DNA of 63,789 nucleotides, filler included, from Choristocarpus tenellus KU-1152 (GCA_964200185.2; 12 parts of 12 records of this genome joined end to end with filler, not necessarily neighbours in it), one strand, 5' to 3'; shown: positions 1-13,206, counted from the first letter of the whole stretch. Notes: generated from the sequence alone by a model not told the origin. Translations and numbers: made by a program.

Positions 1-89
1 TTTGCCCCCCTGTTGGGTTTTTTCCCTTCCCCGTAACTCCTTCCCCCCCTGCTTGGCCCCTCTCCCGCGCCCCCCCCCCCCCCCCTCCC

Positions 90-740
90 CCAGATACTTC
101 TCGGATATCTACAAGGGAGTGGTAGATCCCTGTTTTCTCAAGTATTGAACCCCTGTTGTTGACCCCCAGCCGCTTCCCACTACACCGTCCATGCGAGAGA
201 GCTGCTTCAAAAGAGTGTTGGTGTTGGCGTCGGTCAGTGTGGTATAAGAGCCTCAACCCAAGACTTCCGAGAGACAGCAACGAGGTGATCAGGATAATCG
301 CAATCAATACCGAGTCTTTGGGCAGTCGGTCGGCTTATGGTAGGTTTGTCTAATGCTTGCGAAGCCATGAGGGGAGGATATTCTGTCTTATAAAAAGTGA
401 CATCTCTACCATGGACAAGACTTGACAATATACAATCGACAGTGTCAACAAAAGCACCCTAAGACTACGGTTGGATCACGACAGCAACCATATTGTCACC
501 GTCATCCTTCCAAGCTGCGGCATGGGCAGTCATGGGAACTGCACAGCCTGGGTTGCACCGGCTCTGTTTGAAACGACAACGTCTCACTGTAATCATCCGA
601 AATGGCATTACCGAAAGGAACCGCAAGGGACATGTGGGGCAATGCGTTTCTATCTAGACATATATTTAATAAGACTGCCTTCATCAGACTATCTGACAAG
701 CATATGGCATCTGACGTGACAACCACCCTACGCAACACTC
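90..740 (-). mobile_element. Possible highly degenerate Ty1/Copia pol fragment (integrase-RT linker region)
   Basis: Minus-strand pieces 'HGRDVTFYKTEYP', 'WEAA' and 'ILEKTGIYHSLVD' loosely recall Copia SRDVxF and WxxAMxxExxSL motifs, with many stops and frameshifts. Weak. Confidence 0.3.
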
Positions 741-1207
741 TATCTACATGGCACTCCCCCGTATCCCCCCTCGGGTAAAGGCAAGGGCACCATCCAATGC
801 GCTCAAGAAGAGAGAGCCTCCACGACTACCGACGAGCATTCATCTGCAAAGTAATGCCAGGATGGTAAAAACCATATTACACCTCTGGTATACACTCTTT
901 CCACTCACCTTCTCGTGGCTTTTGATTGTCGCTCCTCTTGGGGTTATTGGCATGCAAAAAGCAAAAGACGATATAAGGTACACCATATATTTGTCACACT
1001 CAGGTGTAGATCATGATCTTTTCCTGTTGCGACCTAAAACTTGATATGCCAACACTTCAACACTGCAACACTGCAACGAATGGAAGCTTCTTTGTGTGCT
1101 GGTAGCTAACCCCAACCTTTTCCACTCAGTACGTTTAGGTTTTGTTGTTTACCAAGGTTGTGCCAAGGTAGTTTTACTCGAGGTAGTGAATCATCTCGAC
1201 ACAAACA

Positions 1208-3819
1208 ATGAGGCATGGTGTCTGTGCCATGTGGGCAATGATGGTTGCTGTTTGGATTGGATTGGGTGACCATGCTTTCAAGGCGGCGGCAAGAGATGCA
1301 CATCAAGCAGAGAAAATAGTAGAGGCTGCAGGAAGACTCTTTCAGGTCTGTGCATTGAGACCACGAGCGACGAGTGACGCAATTTGATCTTGGCTCATTA
1401 GCGAAGACCATTGCGTAGGTTGGCATCCTCCTCTACAGATCTCCTTCTAGAAACTCAAACCCCACGACATGATACAAAGAGTGCAATCCACTCCTAAACA
1501 GAAATATCTAAGAGTCCCAAGAAGCTAAGAAGCTTAACTCCCACATTGTTTCAACTGTTGCAAGGCCCGAGACTTCCGTGCCGCTGAGACCCTCCTGCGC
1601 GAGGCACTCGTCTCCTCCCCCTCGGATTCTCCTGCGCTAGTTCTCTTAGGAAGGATTAGGGCAACTGTCGGCTATGTCGATGAAGCAGAGGAATTGTATG
1701 GTTTAGCTCTAGATGCCAACCCTGAGGACGCGGCAGCTCACCACGCTCTGGGCAAGGTGCTTGCCTACAACAAGAGGTGGGCCGTTCGCTGCATTTGAAC
1801 CTGAGGAGCCCTACTCGTTGCCCCAGGCTATGTTCGTCTGACCTATAGGAGTTCGAAGACCTATGATGATAAATGTGACCGGCCTTGTAGGGTTCCTTTC
1901 CTGAGTTGGGACTGCTTTCCACACACCAAACCCTCGTTTATATTTTCTTTGAAAAGTGTGCGGAATTTAAAGCTTAATGCTCCATCACATCTTCTCCTTC
2001 AACGAGAAGTTGTCCATGTAGGGAGAGAACATATGATGTGAACCTGAGCTTCATACTATGGTTGGAGATTCATAGATACATCCTCGATCAGCGAAGTAAA
2101 CAAGAACTTGTATTGACACTAGATTCTTTTTCTAGTAAATGTAGAAGTTGTCATGGAAAGATGCAAGGGGGGAGAATCTGAAGTGAAACGTACATTTGAT
2201 TGGCTGCAGATGACATGCTCGTTGCTTTGATGATCTTAATGTTGCTCTTGCATCATACCCTCTTCATATTTCTCACATCATCAGCTGAAATACACTCAAC
2301 CAGTTGGTCCAAGCCATCTCCCATGGACGCGACAGTCATTCTTTCCGATATTCCGAGTTAACGATGCCAGGGCTGTATGAAAGGGAGGGCATGTGGCTGG
2401 GGTATTTTCCTTTGATCAAGGCATCATCTTTTGATCAGAGTATTATCTTTTGATCAGAGTATCATCTTTTGATCAAGGCATCATCTTTTGATCAGAGTAT
2501 CATCCTTCGATCAGGCACCTTTCTGTCTTTTACATGTTTTTTCCCTAAGATAGAACATACAGTGCCCAATGCACGGTTGACCATCCTATTAGACCCAAGA
2601 TGATATTGAGGAGGAAGCAGAGATTGACTTCCAATCTTTCTTTTCTTCTGGAAGAGTTCAGTGTTGGACATCCTATCCGAAACACATTGTAACTGTCACT
2701 TTGTAACTGTCACTTTGTAACTGTCACTTTGTAACTGTCACTTTGTAACTATCTGATACATTCAACAATGAAGCAAACTAGATATCACACCGCCCCCTTT
2801 TTTTTCTAGAGCAATGCTCACATTTCAGCACCAGCAGTAGGTATTATAGTGCAGCGCTACCGTATTTGTCATCCAATTAGTCATTTTTTTTCACTTTAGG
2901 CCATACAGGTCTTTGACAGTATCTATGCACCCCTTGACAGTGTGACCCCCATCCACAATTTATTGACCTTGTAGTGATATTATTTTTTGTGATTCTGCGA
3001 TAACGAAGGTGCTCATAGGGTGAAGGGTTAGGGTTAGGGTCGACGGGATTGACCCTTGTGCATTTTCCAGTCCGTGTTTAAAGAATCACAACTCTTGTAA
3101 AGAATAGGCAGGCGTATCACTCCAGCCTCCCTTTCATCATTTGCTATCGCAGAATGCGCCTGTTTTGATCAAGGATAACGTTGCGGTATATTGACTACGG
3201 TTCTTTAAAAAAAAAAAAATTTAGTGGTGCTATTATTTTTGAATAGTGCGGTGTGATTGTTCGAAATGATGTCATTATCATTCTTATTTTTATTGTTATT
3301 ACTACTATCATTGAAAAAGTCGATTTTTACTAATATTATTGTACTTCGCATTTTTTTTTTTATTAATTCTAACGTACGGTTATGATTGTTTTAGAGCGCC
3401 TTATCTGGCTCTTCAATCTACTTTTTTTTTTTTTATTTTTTCTATTGTATGTTTATTTTTGTTTTAGAGCGCCTTATCTGGCTCTTCAATCTACTTTTTT
3501 TTTTTGTTCTCTTGTAAGAAAACGTTTTTTTCACCGTGTTTTATTGAACGCACCACGTGTGAACCTAGGCAACTATACATTCTCCCACAGTTATTTTTCA
3601 ACTGAAATGCCTTGAACGTATATTTTAGCGTACCACTCATCCACTCCACATGGAAGCATTCGCAACTCCTGCAATGTTTTTTGGAGTTGTCAGCACGAGG
3701 TTTAAGCTTTCCTCTTGCAGATGCAAAAGGAGAACTCGCTTGGATAAACAATTATCATTAGCCCATGCAATTTTCCCTCTTCTTCCCTTCCTAGAAGTTT
3801 TTTTTTTAAAACAAAATGA

Positions 3820-3864
<45 letters not shown>

Positions 3865-4168
3865 GTTTTTTTTCCTGTAATAAACATAAGATATATATTA
3901 TTTTTCTGTTATAAATATATATACATATATATAATTTTCCTTTTTCTTTCCCTATTCCCCTTCTGTTATTTTATTACACTGGTGAATCATTTTTATTCCA
4001 ATGCGATATCATCATCAATTGAAAACGTATGCCAAGATGGCAAAGGGCCAAGGCTTCCTTCCTTCGGGCACTGGAGCTAAACCCTTCGAATGCTGAGGCC
4101 TGGTTGGGGCTGGGAAGGGCAGCCGTGGGGCTGGGGGAGGAGGCCGATGCTGAGGAATACTACAACAG
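1208..4168 (+). CDS. TPR-repeat protein, 5' part (exons 1208-1345, 1565-1776, 4037-4168; 3' exons not found in this contig)
   Basis: Spliced translation MRHGVCAMWAMMVAVWIGLG...EAAGRLFQ|ARDFRAAETLLREALVSSPSDSPALVLLGRIRATVGYVDEAEELYGLALDANPEDAAAHHALGKVLAYNK(R)|WQRAKASFLRALELNPSNAEAWLGLGRAAVGLGEEADAEEYYN gives consecutive TPR units. Intron phases (0, 2) match. The N-terminus is hydrophobic. Confidence 0.85.
2411..2515. repeat. Minisatellite, ~19-bp unit TTTGATCAGAGTATCATCT, ~5-6 copies (intronic)
   Basis: Directly visible tandem copies with two variants (CAAGGC / CAGAGT) and no spacers. Confidence 0.9.
2687..2751. repeat. Tandem repeat (TTGTAACTGTCACT)x~4.7
   Basis: Perfect 14-bp unit visible in sequence. 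Confidence 0.95.
3016..3040 (+). repeat. Short degenerate interstitial telomere-like run (TTAGGG)
   Basis: TAGGG TGAAGGG TTAGGG TTAGGG T. Confidence 0.4.
3389..3504. repeat. Local direct duplication of ~45 bp (TTTTAGAGCGCCTTATCTGGCTCTTCAATCTAC-polyT)
   Basis: Two identical copies starting near 3389 and 3462. Confidence 0.9.
3821..3863. repeat. (CA)n/(TA)n microsatellite
   Basis: Visible dinucleotide run. Confidence 0.95.
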
Positions 4169-4747
4169 GCATGTGGTTTCTCTGTTGTCATACCACTATT
4201 GTCCTATCCCTTATACCGTGACATCATTGAAGGTTCCATATCGGGAATCCTAGATTCAAGTGGAGGATTTTCAGCGAGACGGAATTTACTGAAATTGTCA
4301 AGAATTTTCCTACAGGTAGAGGGGTCTCTTCTTTTAGAGATACCTGGAGCTGAGAGATTTCTCTTTGAAGTTCCCTCACATATGTATGTAGAAATAGTAT
4401 ATATAATATGTATTTTGTTTTTCATGCTGAAGTGGGTTCTTCGAATACACTTTTTTTCTTTTCCATTCTCTACCGCAGTCATCCTTTTTTGTTGTTGTTG
4501 TTGCAACACAGGATTTTGTATTGTTTTGAAGGCGATTCCTTTTTCTTGTTGGCCTCTAATGTACTACTGGTTGCGATATATTTGTTCCATGCATGCACTA
4601 CCGTTGGTGAGGCGCAGAAATACCCGGAATAATTAATTTGACCAAGAACATTATTTCTAAAATATTTCAATTTTGAATTGTCTGTTGCTCATCTTCGCCA
4701 CACACATACGCTGCGAGATAGTCTTTTTGTGCCCATTTTGTTCCTAC

Positions 4748-4812
4748 TACAGTTACAGTTACAGTTACAGTTACCGTTACAGTTGCAGTTACATTTTATG
4801 GCTACAGTTACA
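4748..4812. repeat. (CAGTTA)n hexamer microsatellite
   Basis: Visible tandem hexamer. Explains the spurious YSYS/LQLQ/CNCN ORFs. Confidence 0.9.
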
Positions 4813-5570
4813 ACTATCCAACAGGTGCGCTCTCTACACTTATGGCCATACCTATCTGTAGTTTGTACTATGGTATGGTTGTATTTTGGCATTGTTTGGT
4901 TCAAGTTGTAATTGTAATATGTATATCCTTGTAGTAGTGCCCCAGCCACAGCGGTGTTTGTTTGAGTATTTTTGGTTGAAGTATTACAATATATACTTAC
5001 GTATTAAAAAAAAAGTTAGTGCAGTGTAGAAACGTTGATTCCACTCCTATTTTACTTATCATTAACTTAGTACAGCAGGAATTTTTAAAAATCAAACGTT
5101 TTTTTTTCATATAGAACATACAGCTCGGCAGGAAGTGTACACTAATCCAGAAAATTCTGCTCTCTGCTGAGTAAGAATTTCAAGTTTGTTATACCGCTAT
5201 GCATTTACCCTTCCATTGGTATAAGAAATATCGGTATTATGCATATACCGTCAGCACGGTTTGTCCGTGTCACAGCTTTACCGCTGACTAAACCAAACCT
5301 CTACTGAAAAGAAAGTAGTGGGATTAGGTGTTGTTGATTCAAAGTTACGGTTAAATATTCTTATTTTTATTCTTATTTTTATTCTTATTTTGTCGTTGTG
5401 GAACAGCAGTAGTGTTGATTCAAATTGTATTCATAGATTCAATTTAATTCGCATCTGTAGTACAGCAACAGTGTTTGTTCGATTTCTTTCTCGTGCACGC
5501 CTCCCCTGTTTTAAAACTCCTCATTAAATGATAGCAACACCCCCCCCACCCCGCCCCGCCCCGCCCCGCC

Positions 5571-5670
5571 NNNNNNNNNNNNNNNNNNNNNNNNNNNNNN
5601 NNNNNNNNNNNNNNTTAATTAATTAANNNNNNNNNNNNNNNNNNNNNNNNNNNNNNNNNNNNNNNNNNNN
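5571..5670. other. Artificial contig linker (N44-TTAATTAATTAA-N44), first of 11
   Basis: Identical 100-bp spacer with stops in all six frames also at 9649-9748, 15981-16080, 20611-20710, 31228-31327, 35279-35378, 42276-42375, 49023-49122, 53456-53555, 58277-58376 and 61061-61160. Adjacency across linkers carries no biological meaning. Confidence 0.97.
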
Positions 5671-5683
5671 CATATTCTTAACA

Positions 5684-5742
5684 CGGAGATTCTCTTCGCC
5701 ACCCTTACCTGAGTGAACCACGCCGCCAGAGAATCACACGAT
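5684..5742 (+). repeat. ~59-bp dispersed repeat at contig start (second copy 20712-20770)
   Basis: CGGAGATTCTCTTCGCCACCCTTACCTGAGTGAACCACGCCGCCAGAGAATCACACGAT versus CGGTGATTCTCTTCGCCACCCTTGCCTGAGTGAATCACGCCGCCACAGAATCACACGAT (4 mismatches). Confidence 0.9.
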
Positions 5743-6152
5743 GTTCACACGTGGCCAAAAATATTGTTATGGTTCTATTCAGAGAATCATCTGGTAAGGT
5801 CCCACTCCTCGGATGTTACATACAGCCCCTAGAAGTTCTCCAGAATATTCCACTGAAGATAATTATTATTTTCAACACTTTACATAATCTGCCAACTACA
5901 ACAACATTGCTGATTGATTAGTTGTGGAGATGGCATACGCAAGTATAACCTTCTTTTATGATGCTATTATCTGTATAATCGTTTGATATGGTTCCATTCC
6001 TAGAATATTGTGAACAACAAATTGAAATTCCCAGAATGTTCTACTGATTTCATTTCCCCTATGAAGCTCGACACCATTAACATACACACCTCTCCCTCCT
6101 AAACAGAAGTGAGATAGATAGCTCCACATCGGTGCCTTCCCCTGACTAAAGA

Positions 6153-8665
6153 ATGATGAAAATTACTGCAAGTGCCGTATTCCATGGCCTGCTGCTCTCC
6201 ACTAGTTCATTTTTCGGTGCAGAGTCGCTTTCTCCCAGGATGCCTCAGACCCCCTATAAACAAGGTCGCCAGGATCCAGCCGCTTGGCTTGTGAAAGGAG
6301 CGAAAAGGTGGAGCGACTCTTTCGGTGAGGGTGGAGGCATGCCTCTCTTCCGCTTGGATGTAAACGAATTCGAGAAGGCTGCGGGTGTAGGCTCGGCCAT
6401 AGTGACCCTTCCCACCAGCGATCAGAATGTGTTTCAGTGGAGCTCTGCCTTTGCAATGGCCATTTCTTGTGGGCAAAGCATTAGCTTCTCCATCGATGCA
6501 GAAGAATTTACAGCAACAAGGAGTGGGGGAATCGACTACAACCTTGAATGCGACCTAGAGAGGAGGAAGTACTTCTGGACGGGGATCATCGGTGACTCTG
6601 GAGGAGACCTGACCTGCAGCTTCTCCTGGGGTACGCTCGACGTCACGATTCGAGTGACGAACGACGATGTAGATTCTTTCTATCAAGTAACGATGGTGGA
6701 GAGTGACTTCACCATCAAGAGAACCCTCAAATCGGACCTCCCTGAGTCGAACAGTAGTGGTGTGAGACGTGTTCTGGCCAACGTCGAACCACGTCCCACA
6801 GAAGAACGACACTTGCTCGATACTACGGTAGAGGCAGCTCTTGGTACGGGTGAGTCATAGAAGCGATGCAAGCATTTGCAATCATAATTTGTGCAAAGAG
6901 TGTGGCGCTGGCTTAAATCCCTACGGTATGAAACTCACACAACATGCATGTTACAACATGCATCAAACACGAACCTGCTCACTGGAGACCTAACATCCAA
7001 CCAGCGGTTGAGGAGTAACATACCACTTTTCACAGCTTAAACCTCCTTTCATTTGGCTTGGAATCCTCTCGCTCTATCATTTTTTTACAACTGTTACTGG
7101 TGCTGTGTACTTTATCATATGTACCATTAACAATGATAGTAGGGCATCTGTTATCACACTCTATAGAGTGGTATGATATATGTGCCGTCAAAGCAATAGG
7201 TGGCAGACCATCCCCACCATTGAGTTGTAACTTGTCATTATTACCTTTCCTCCTCGCGATCTCTCATATTCTTCTCATTCACGTGTGCTTGTTGTTTCCA
7301 CCTTTTGACTCTGGCGTGGATCATAGACCTGTTGGTGTTCTACACCGAATCAGCAGCTATTTCTGTTGGAGGCTCCGAGGTCCTGGAGGCACAAATTCAA
7401 GACAAAGTGGATGAGTTTAACGTCGCTGTGGATGCTGCGAACTACCCCCACCTCAGGATCAACTTGGTCTCTGTGTTCGGCATCTTCAGTATGGACTACT
7501 CCACCTGGATTACCCCCGACTGTGAACCAGCACAGTTAGAAATCTTTGGGGAAAATTCCACTTTCACAGATCGGCGGGACTTGATTGGGGTATGTACCAG
7601 CAAGGAAAGGCAATATTTACATTACGTCATTGACTGGTTGCGTTGTGTTATGGTTTAGTGGGGGTCAACCAAATTTTTGAAGCAAAGAGATGAAGTATGA
7701 TGACATCTCTGTGTCTCGTAAAAATGCAAAGTTAATTTGCGTGTGAACTCATCGCGTTTTGCGACCATCTATAAATATCCAGTGCATCACCATCACCATT
7801 TGTGGTCGCTTGTAACTGATCCCACTTCCTGCCTGATGGTTCCAATTTGTGATATGGGACATAGGCCGATGCGATGATGCTAGTTCATGATTGGTCAGGC
7901 GATTATTGCGGCTGGGCCTCTATCAAAGGATCTGACACCATTGTCAGGTCCGACTGCTTCATACGGCACACATTCCAGCATGAGCTTGGTCATAACTTTG
8001 GCCTCGTACACAAGTGAGCATTCTTTGGTTTGTTTGTACCTCTGATCCTATCTAATGCTTTTAAGTTTTGTAAAATGTGCTGGAAATAGTAATTAGTACA
8101 CGAGGATGAATTGCTTTCGCTGCTTGTTGCCCGTTAGAGATCCACAGCTCTACGGATCTACAGCTTTCCCGACACAAACAACTGGAGCATCATACCACCA
8201 CTCTTCGTGTGTTTAATTATTTGTGTCTGGTTCGAGTAGGTAAGGTTGTTCCCGGAGTTGAAATGTTGTTGAACTTCATTTGGTGTTGTAGCAAGTCTGT
8301 GGAGGGGAATTTATTCTTGATTAATTTCAGCATACTGCTAGGAGGAAAAACGATTGGTGTATTCGTTGTCTAATTACTTGATTCTTTTAACCAATGGCAA
8401 TATCTTCAAAATGCCGTTGGGAGTGTAGATTCCTAGGGGTATGAACAAATAAAGGTAAGGTAAAAACACACAATTGTCTAAATTTATTGGCCATGTTTTG
8501 ACTACTCCCTCTTGTATCACCTATTTTGCCGTTTCAGTAATGGGATGGAATTTACTACTTACAGGACAATTATGGCAATAGCCAGTGTACCAAGGAGAAA
8601 CGTCTTCAGCGCCACTAGCCTTGGTATTCTGCGAGGAGACTCTGCGTTTGAGATGTGGAATGGTC
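6153..8665 (+). CDS. Secreted zinc metalloprotease, metzincin (reprolysin/M12B- or peptidyl-Asp-like); exons 6153-6849, 7327-7589, 7865-8013, 8538-~8665; 3' end uncertain
   Basis: Signal-peptide-like N-terminus, then a prodomain, then 'DLLVFYT', 'RRDLIG|ADAMML', 'YCGWA', zinc motif HELGHNFGLVH and Met-turn 'YRTIMA'. GT-AG introns in phases 1, 0, 2 keep the frame. Confidence 0.88.
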
Positions 8666-9580
8666 GTGAGTCTAACGGTGAGGAAGCAGCAAAAGGCAGA
8701 AGTGTGTGTCGAAATAACATAGTGTTATCCTTACGTTATCTGTGCTGATCAAGCATATGTATCATAGGTTGTATGTACGTTAATCTTTTGTTCGTTACAA
8801 TACAAAGTAGTGACGTGCACGGTGGTACGTTATGGTGGGCCAATGGGACATTACAAGTGGTATAGTGGAACAATAGCAGCATTATAGTTATATTGGACAC
8901 CAAGTGGACAATACCCTACGGACAATAAATAGTTCAGCGTAAGTTTTACCATGTAGTTTAACTACTAGCTTCCGGCGACGAGCCTTACATGCGCCAAGCT
9001 TCTCAACAAAGTGCATGTAGTGGAAATGTTATAGTACTAGTGGAGATACCACCAATAGACACAGCCTTTGACTTTCAATGGAGTTACAGGCCTTTGCGGT
9101 CGTAAACCGTTAGCACACACCATACGTGACATTCATGAAATGGATTAGAGGAGCATTAAACCTCGTCTAACCAACGCAGTAGACCTTGTCCCCTCCACAC
9201 AAAACTCTATCCCACACACCCTCACTCTGTCGCTGTCAAGCGAAACAGGCAGGAAGGATTTTTTAATAATATGTAGTATCATTGTTCCTTACTGTAATGA
9301 CATTTCTATGCATACGTTTGAGCTAAACACACACAAAGAGGGTGAAGTGATCACAAAGGTTCACCATAGAGTGAATTGTGCATGAGAATATATCCGACAA
9401 TAAACAAGCCTGGACAAGTTATCACCTCTGGAGTATTTTCGCACATGATACAAAAAACATCAGGAATGTAACCTTTTATTATAGTTGAATTAAGAGTAGT
9501 CGTAACGAGTATGTTGATGGTCTTGTGTGTTGTAGTTAAACACAAACGTATACACGCATTATTGGTTTGTTGATGCAAAA

Positions 9581-9648
9581 GGCTCAAAGTATCTGGGAGG
9601 GGTGGCGGCTGTCCATTTGGGGTCAATTTTTTCATGTCGCGATTTTTG
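9581..9648 (-). mobile_element. Partial diverged copy of hairpin MITE at contig end
   Basis: AAAGTATCT..GAGGG....GTCCATTTGGGGTCAA..GATTTT matches the reverse complement of the end of the 13207-13465 element. Confidence 0.6.
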
Positions 9649-9748
9649 NNNNNNNNNNNNNNNNNNNNNNNNNNNNNNNNNNNNNNNNNNNNTTAATTAA
9701 TTAANNNNNNNNNNNNNNNNNNNNNNNNNNNNNNNNNNNNNNNNNNNN

Positions 9749-9816
9749 TCAAAATCACAACATTATATTTTGACCCCCAAATGGACGCGGCTCTACCCTC
9801 TAAGATACTTTGGCTC
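9749..9816 (+). mobile_element. MITE 3' end abutting Copia gag
   Basis: CCCCAAATGGACGCGGCTCTACCCTCTAAGATACTTTGGCTC is near-identical to 13424-13465 and is followed directly by gag-homologous sequence. Confidence 0.85.
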
Positions 9817-10765
9817 AAACTTGATTTCTTACGGAGCCGGATGATGACTACGGACCTTGTCATCTGTGACAAAATACTACTTCAGTTTATGAGTGTGTCG
9901 GGATCTGATTATGACACTGAGGTATGCATGATGGCTTCTTGGAGCTCGCTATCTCCAGCGGACGTCAGGAAGATGATCCGTGAGAGATACACATCAATAT
10001 CATCAAGGACAAGCAGCGTTCCATCAAAAACGAAGAACAGTCATGCTCTCGTTGCTGCAAGTTCAACGGCTGGAAATTTAAGACATGAAAAGAGTCAGTC
10101 TCATCGTAACGGTCAACGTCGTGGAGGGGGTCGTAAATTTCATGGAGGAAAGAAGAAGAATGGTTCTAATTCTGATCCTAAAAGAGTGGAGAAGATTCCT
10201 TGTGAGAAGTGTGGGAAGAATGGACATGAGGAGGTAGCTTGCCCAAGCCGCATTTGCTCCAAGTGTGGTGGACGTGCTCATGATGCTACAACATGTACTT
10301 CAGTGTTTATGACCACTGTGGTACCTGGAGAAGAAAAGGACGAGACCGAGGCTGAATCTTCCCACATTGCTGTGGAAAGTGTGATCAGCAGCGACGATAA
10401 CAAGTGGTACGCACTACTGGCCGCCACTGAAGACTCTCTGAGCAGCAATGGTCAAGGCAAGTGTGGAGTAAATGAGTATCTGGTGTCAAGTGTTGGGTTT
10501 GGTACACGAAGAAAAGAGTGGTTTTGTGACAACGCAGCCTCATGCCACATGACAAACATTAAAACTTGCATGACCAACTACAAGCCTTGTGTAGTCGATC
10601 GAAGGATAATTACTGCCAGTCAGAATTCCTTCCACATTGCAGGTTATGGGGATCTAACTATCTTGTTTCCCTTGCGTGACAACAAGGAAGTGGAGATACT
10701 ACTTCAGAAAGTCGCTCATGTCTCAATACTTGGATTTAATCTCTTTTCTTACCAAGCCTCTAGTA
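9817..10765 (+). mobile_element. Ty1/Copia retrotransposon fragment: gag with two CCHC zinc knuckles plus aspartic protease
   Basis: CEKCGKNGHEEVAC and CSKCGGRAHDATTC (CX2CX4HX4C). Protease motif 'WFCDNAASCHMT' and 'LQKVAHVSILGFNLFS'. Homologous to 51943-53455. Confidence 0.92.
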
Positions 10766-11099
10766 GAGGAATCATTTTGGAGGCATACAGAGGCTTGCTG
10801 AATTTAGACCATGTTTAGTAGTTTACTTTTCGTTGGATTTTGAATTCTTCATGTTCTTTTACGAACAGATAGATAGGACTTAGTTCCATTAAGCATGGTG
10901 TTTTGGGGTGGTATGGTCGTCCCCTCTCCTTAGTAATAATAACTCTATACAACATTTGGTAATACTCCTGTATTTATCTCTTCTGTCCATACATGAGCCG
11001 GGGCATACTTTAACAACACCCACTGTATCCACAATATTAGCCCAACAACTCGATCTTTGACTTCCACCCTTGAAACCGGAGGGGAAGTGGGAAGGACCG

Positions 11100-13190
11100 T
11101 AGAAAAAACTGGTGGTGGTGCCTTCAACATTATTAGGCTGACCTTGACAGTTTCAACATCGTACCTGCTTACTTGAAGGTGACTGAAATCGACAAGGGTG
11201 TGGTTGTTGAAGAACTCCTCAGAACAGAGGAGGTGGTTCCAATCAAAGATATGGCTAACATACTGCCAACGTCAACAACATGACATCTTCATATGGAGCC
11301 CATTTACTGGAAACTGACTCGGAAGTACTGTAACATCCTACTCAGAAGGTATTGACAGAAGGGTGCTGAGGAAGTGACTAATAAACTCAAGCTAACTTTC
11401 TGGAAACCTGGGAGAAGGTGGAAAGGGTATAGAAGCAACTGTGCACTGACCCCCAAGAAAATATGTTTCAAGAAAGGGTTGAAGATGGCTGGTGAGCACC
11501 ACAAACGGGCGAAGGCGCCTGTATTGCAAGAGTTTCTTGACACCTATGTATACCGACCAGGAAAATGGAAAAACCTACCTATTGTTGTGGGGTCTAACCT
11601 TGGTGTTACCAACCCTGAAAGGATTTAAGGGGGAGACAAGTAGGCAGAATGCTTCCTAATGCATGCACCACAAATCTAGTAGGTTACTGAGAAAGCAGAC
11701 ACTTATCATTGAATGGTGGATGACATATTTGAAGTGCTCTGGGATGACAAGATAGTCAGCCTCAACCCTCATATAGTGCTGAAGTCCTTGAGCAGCGACC
11801 CTTATCCAAATCCCCTACTGATGGCCCAGCACAGGTCTGATGGATTTGGCTAAAATAATCCGAACAACAGGGAAGGGAAGGCCATGGGTCCAGACATTCT
11901 TCCAGCAGACTAAGATCCTGAAGCTAGGTCTAAGAGATAATGAGGTTTCATACCGCCATAGTTTATACACAATTGTGTTCGCTGTGTGGGACCAGGAAGT
12001 TGTGCCACAGGTTTGGAAAGATGAAGTCACTACAGTGCTCCACAAGAAGAAGGATTGGACAGATTGTGGGAATTATAGGGGCATTTCATCGGTGCTGGCA
12101 AACTACTTATCAAAGTTTATGCATGGTGACTGGGAACGTATCTGGAACAAGAACACATATTCCACCAGGAACAGTGTTGTTTCCGCCCCTGACACTCCAC
12201 ACAGTGGACATGATGTACACTGCACATACCCTCGAAGAGCTAGGCCAGGAAAAGCATTTACCTATATTCATGTGTTTTATTGACCTACGGAAAGTATGTG
12301 ACTCTGTTGACCATGATCTCTTATGGGCTATGTTCCAAAGATTTCAGTCAATTACCAGGATGATGATAGTTGCAAAGGTGGTCAGGTCCTTTGGTGTGAA
12401 CCGTGTCGGAGATGAAGGCGTAGACCACGTACCTTGGCTCCCACTAAGGCTGCAGACATTACGCAAATCCGAGGACTGGGCCAAAACGACAAGAAACTGG
12501 GAAGTTTTTTCTCCCCAGAGGCATCAGTAGTGATGAAGCTGCCATCACTGCTGAGATCAGCTACAGGAACCAAAAAAACTTAGGGCTATTTCCGTAAATT
12601 GTGGCCCATTACAGAACGTCAGGTGTATGTATCACTTCTTGAGCTCAGGATCTGAACGCTCAAGGCTGGAGCGCATGAGGTTCTGTTACATTGTTGTATG
12701 GCATGGACACATCGCCAGGTTGACAGTATGCAACTTCAGTCCCATCATCATAAACTCCTTCCATGATGCATTGAATTTCGCAAATTGGACTGCACCAATC
12801 AAGCACTGTTCTACCAAAATGGTCATGTGAAGACTGAGGGTGAGAGCATCGATATGACTATGCAAAAATGGATAATTCTATTCACAAGGTCTATGGCATA
12901 TATATGGGGGATGATCGAGTTCCTAAGGTGTTGTGTTTGGGAGCTTGCAGTGAAAAACGAAATCAAGGTGGACAGTAGGACTACTGGTGGATGTACCTCC
13001 TCCAAGACAAACTCAAGAAGTTTGGCATCACAGTTGAGGGATGGAGCACAAGGGCAACCGACGGAGGAGATAGAAGTATATGGTTGGCAGCATCATATAT
13101 TTCATATGGAACAGTGGATCCCAAGGAAGCTGTGAAAGCTCATGTACGCCACACTAAAGCAGGTGGTAAGGCAACCTAAGCAGCCAACGC
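11100..13190 (+). mobile_element. Degenerate RTE-clade LINE (RT region to 3' end)
   Basis: 'VPQVWKDEVTTVLHKKKDWTDCGNYRGIS' and 'FMCFIDLRKVCDSVDHDLLW' (RT domains 0-3); 3' 'KFGITVEGWSTRAT'; frameshifts. 5' boundary approximate. Confidence 0.88.
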
Positions 13191-13206
13191 TATCACTTTC
13201 TGGTTT

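Noticed and set aside
2411-2515. CRISPR-like array
   Set aside because: Units are head-to-tail with no unique spacers, it is intronic, and there are no cas genes.
9781-9816. Start of the 345-aa gag ORF (MDAALPSKI)
   Set aside because: These codons come from the MITE end; the same peptide appears at ~13430.
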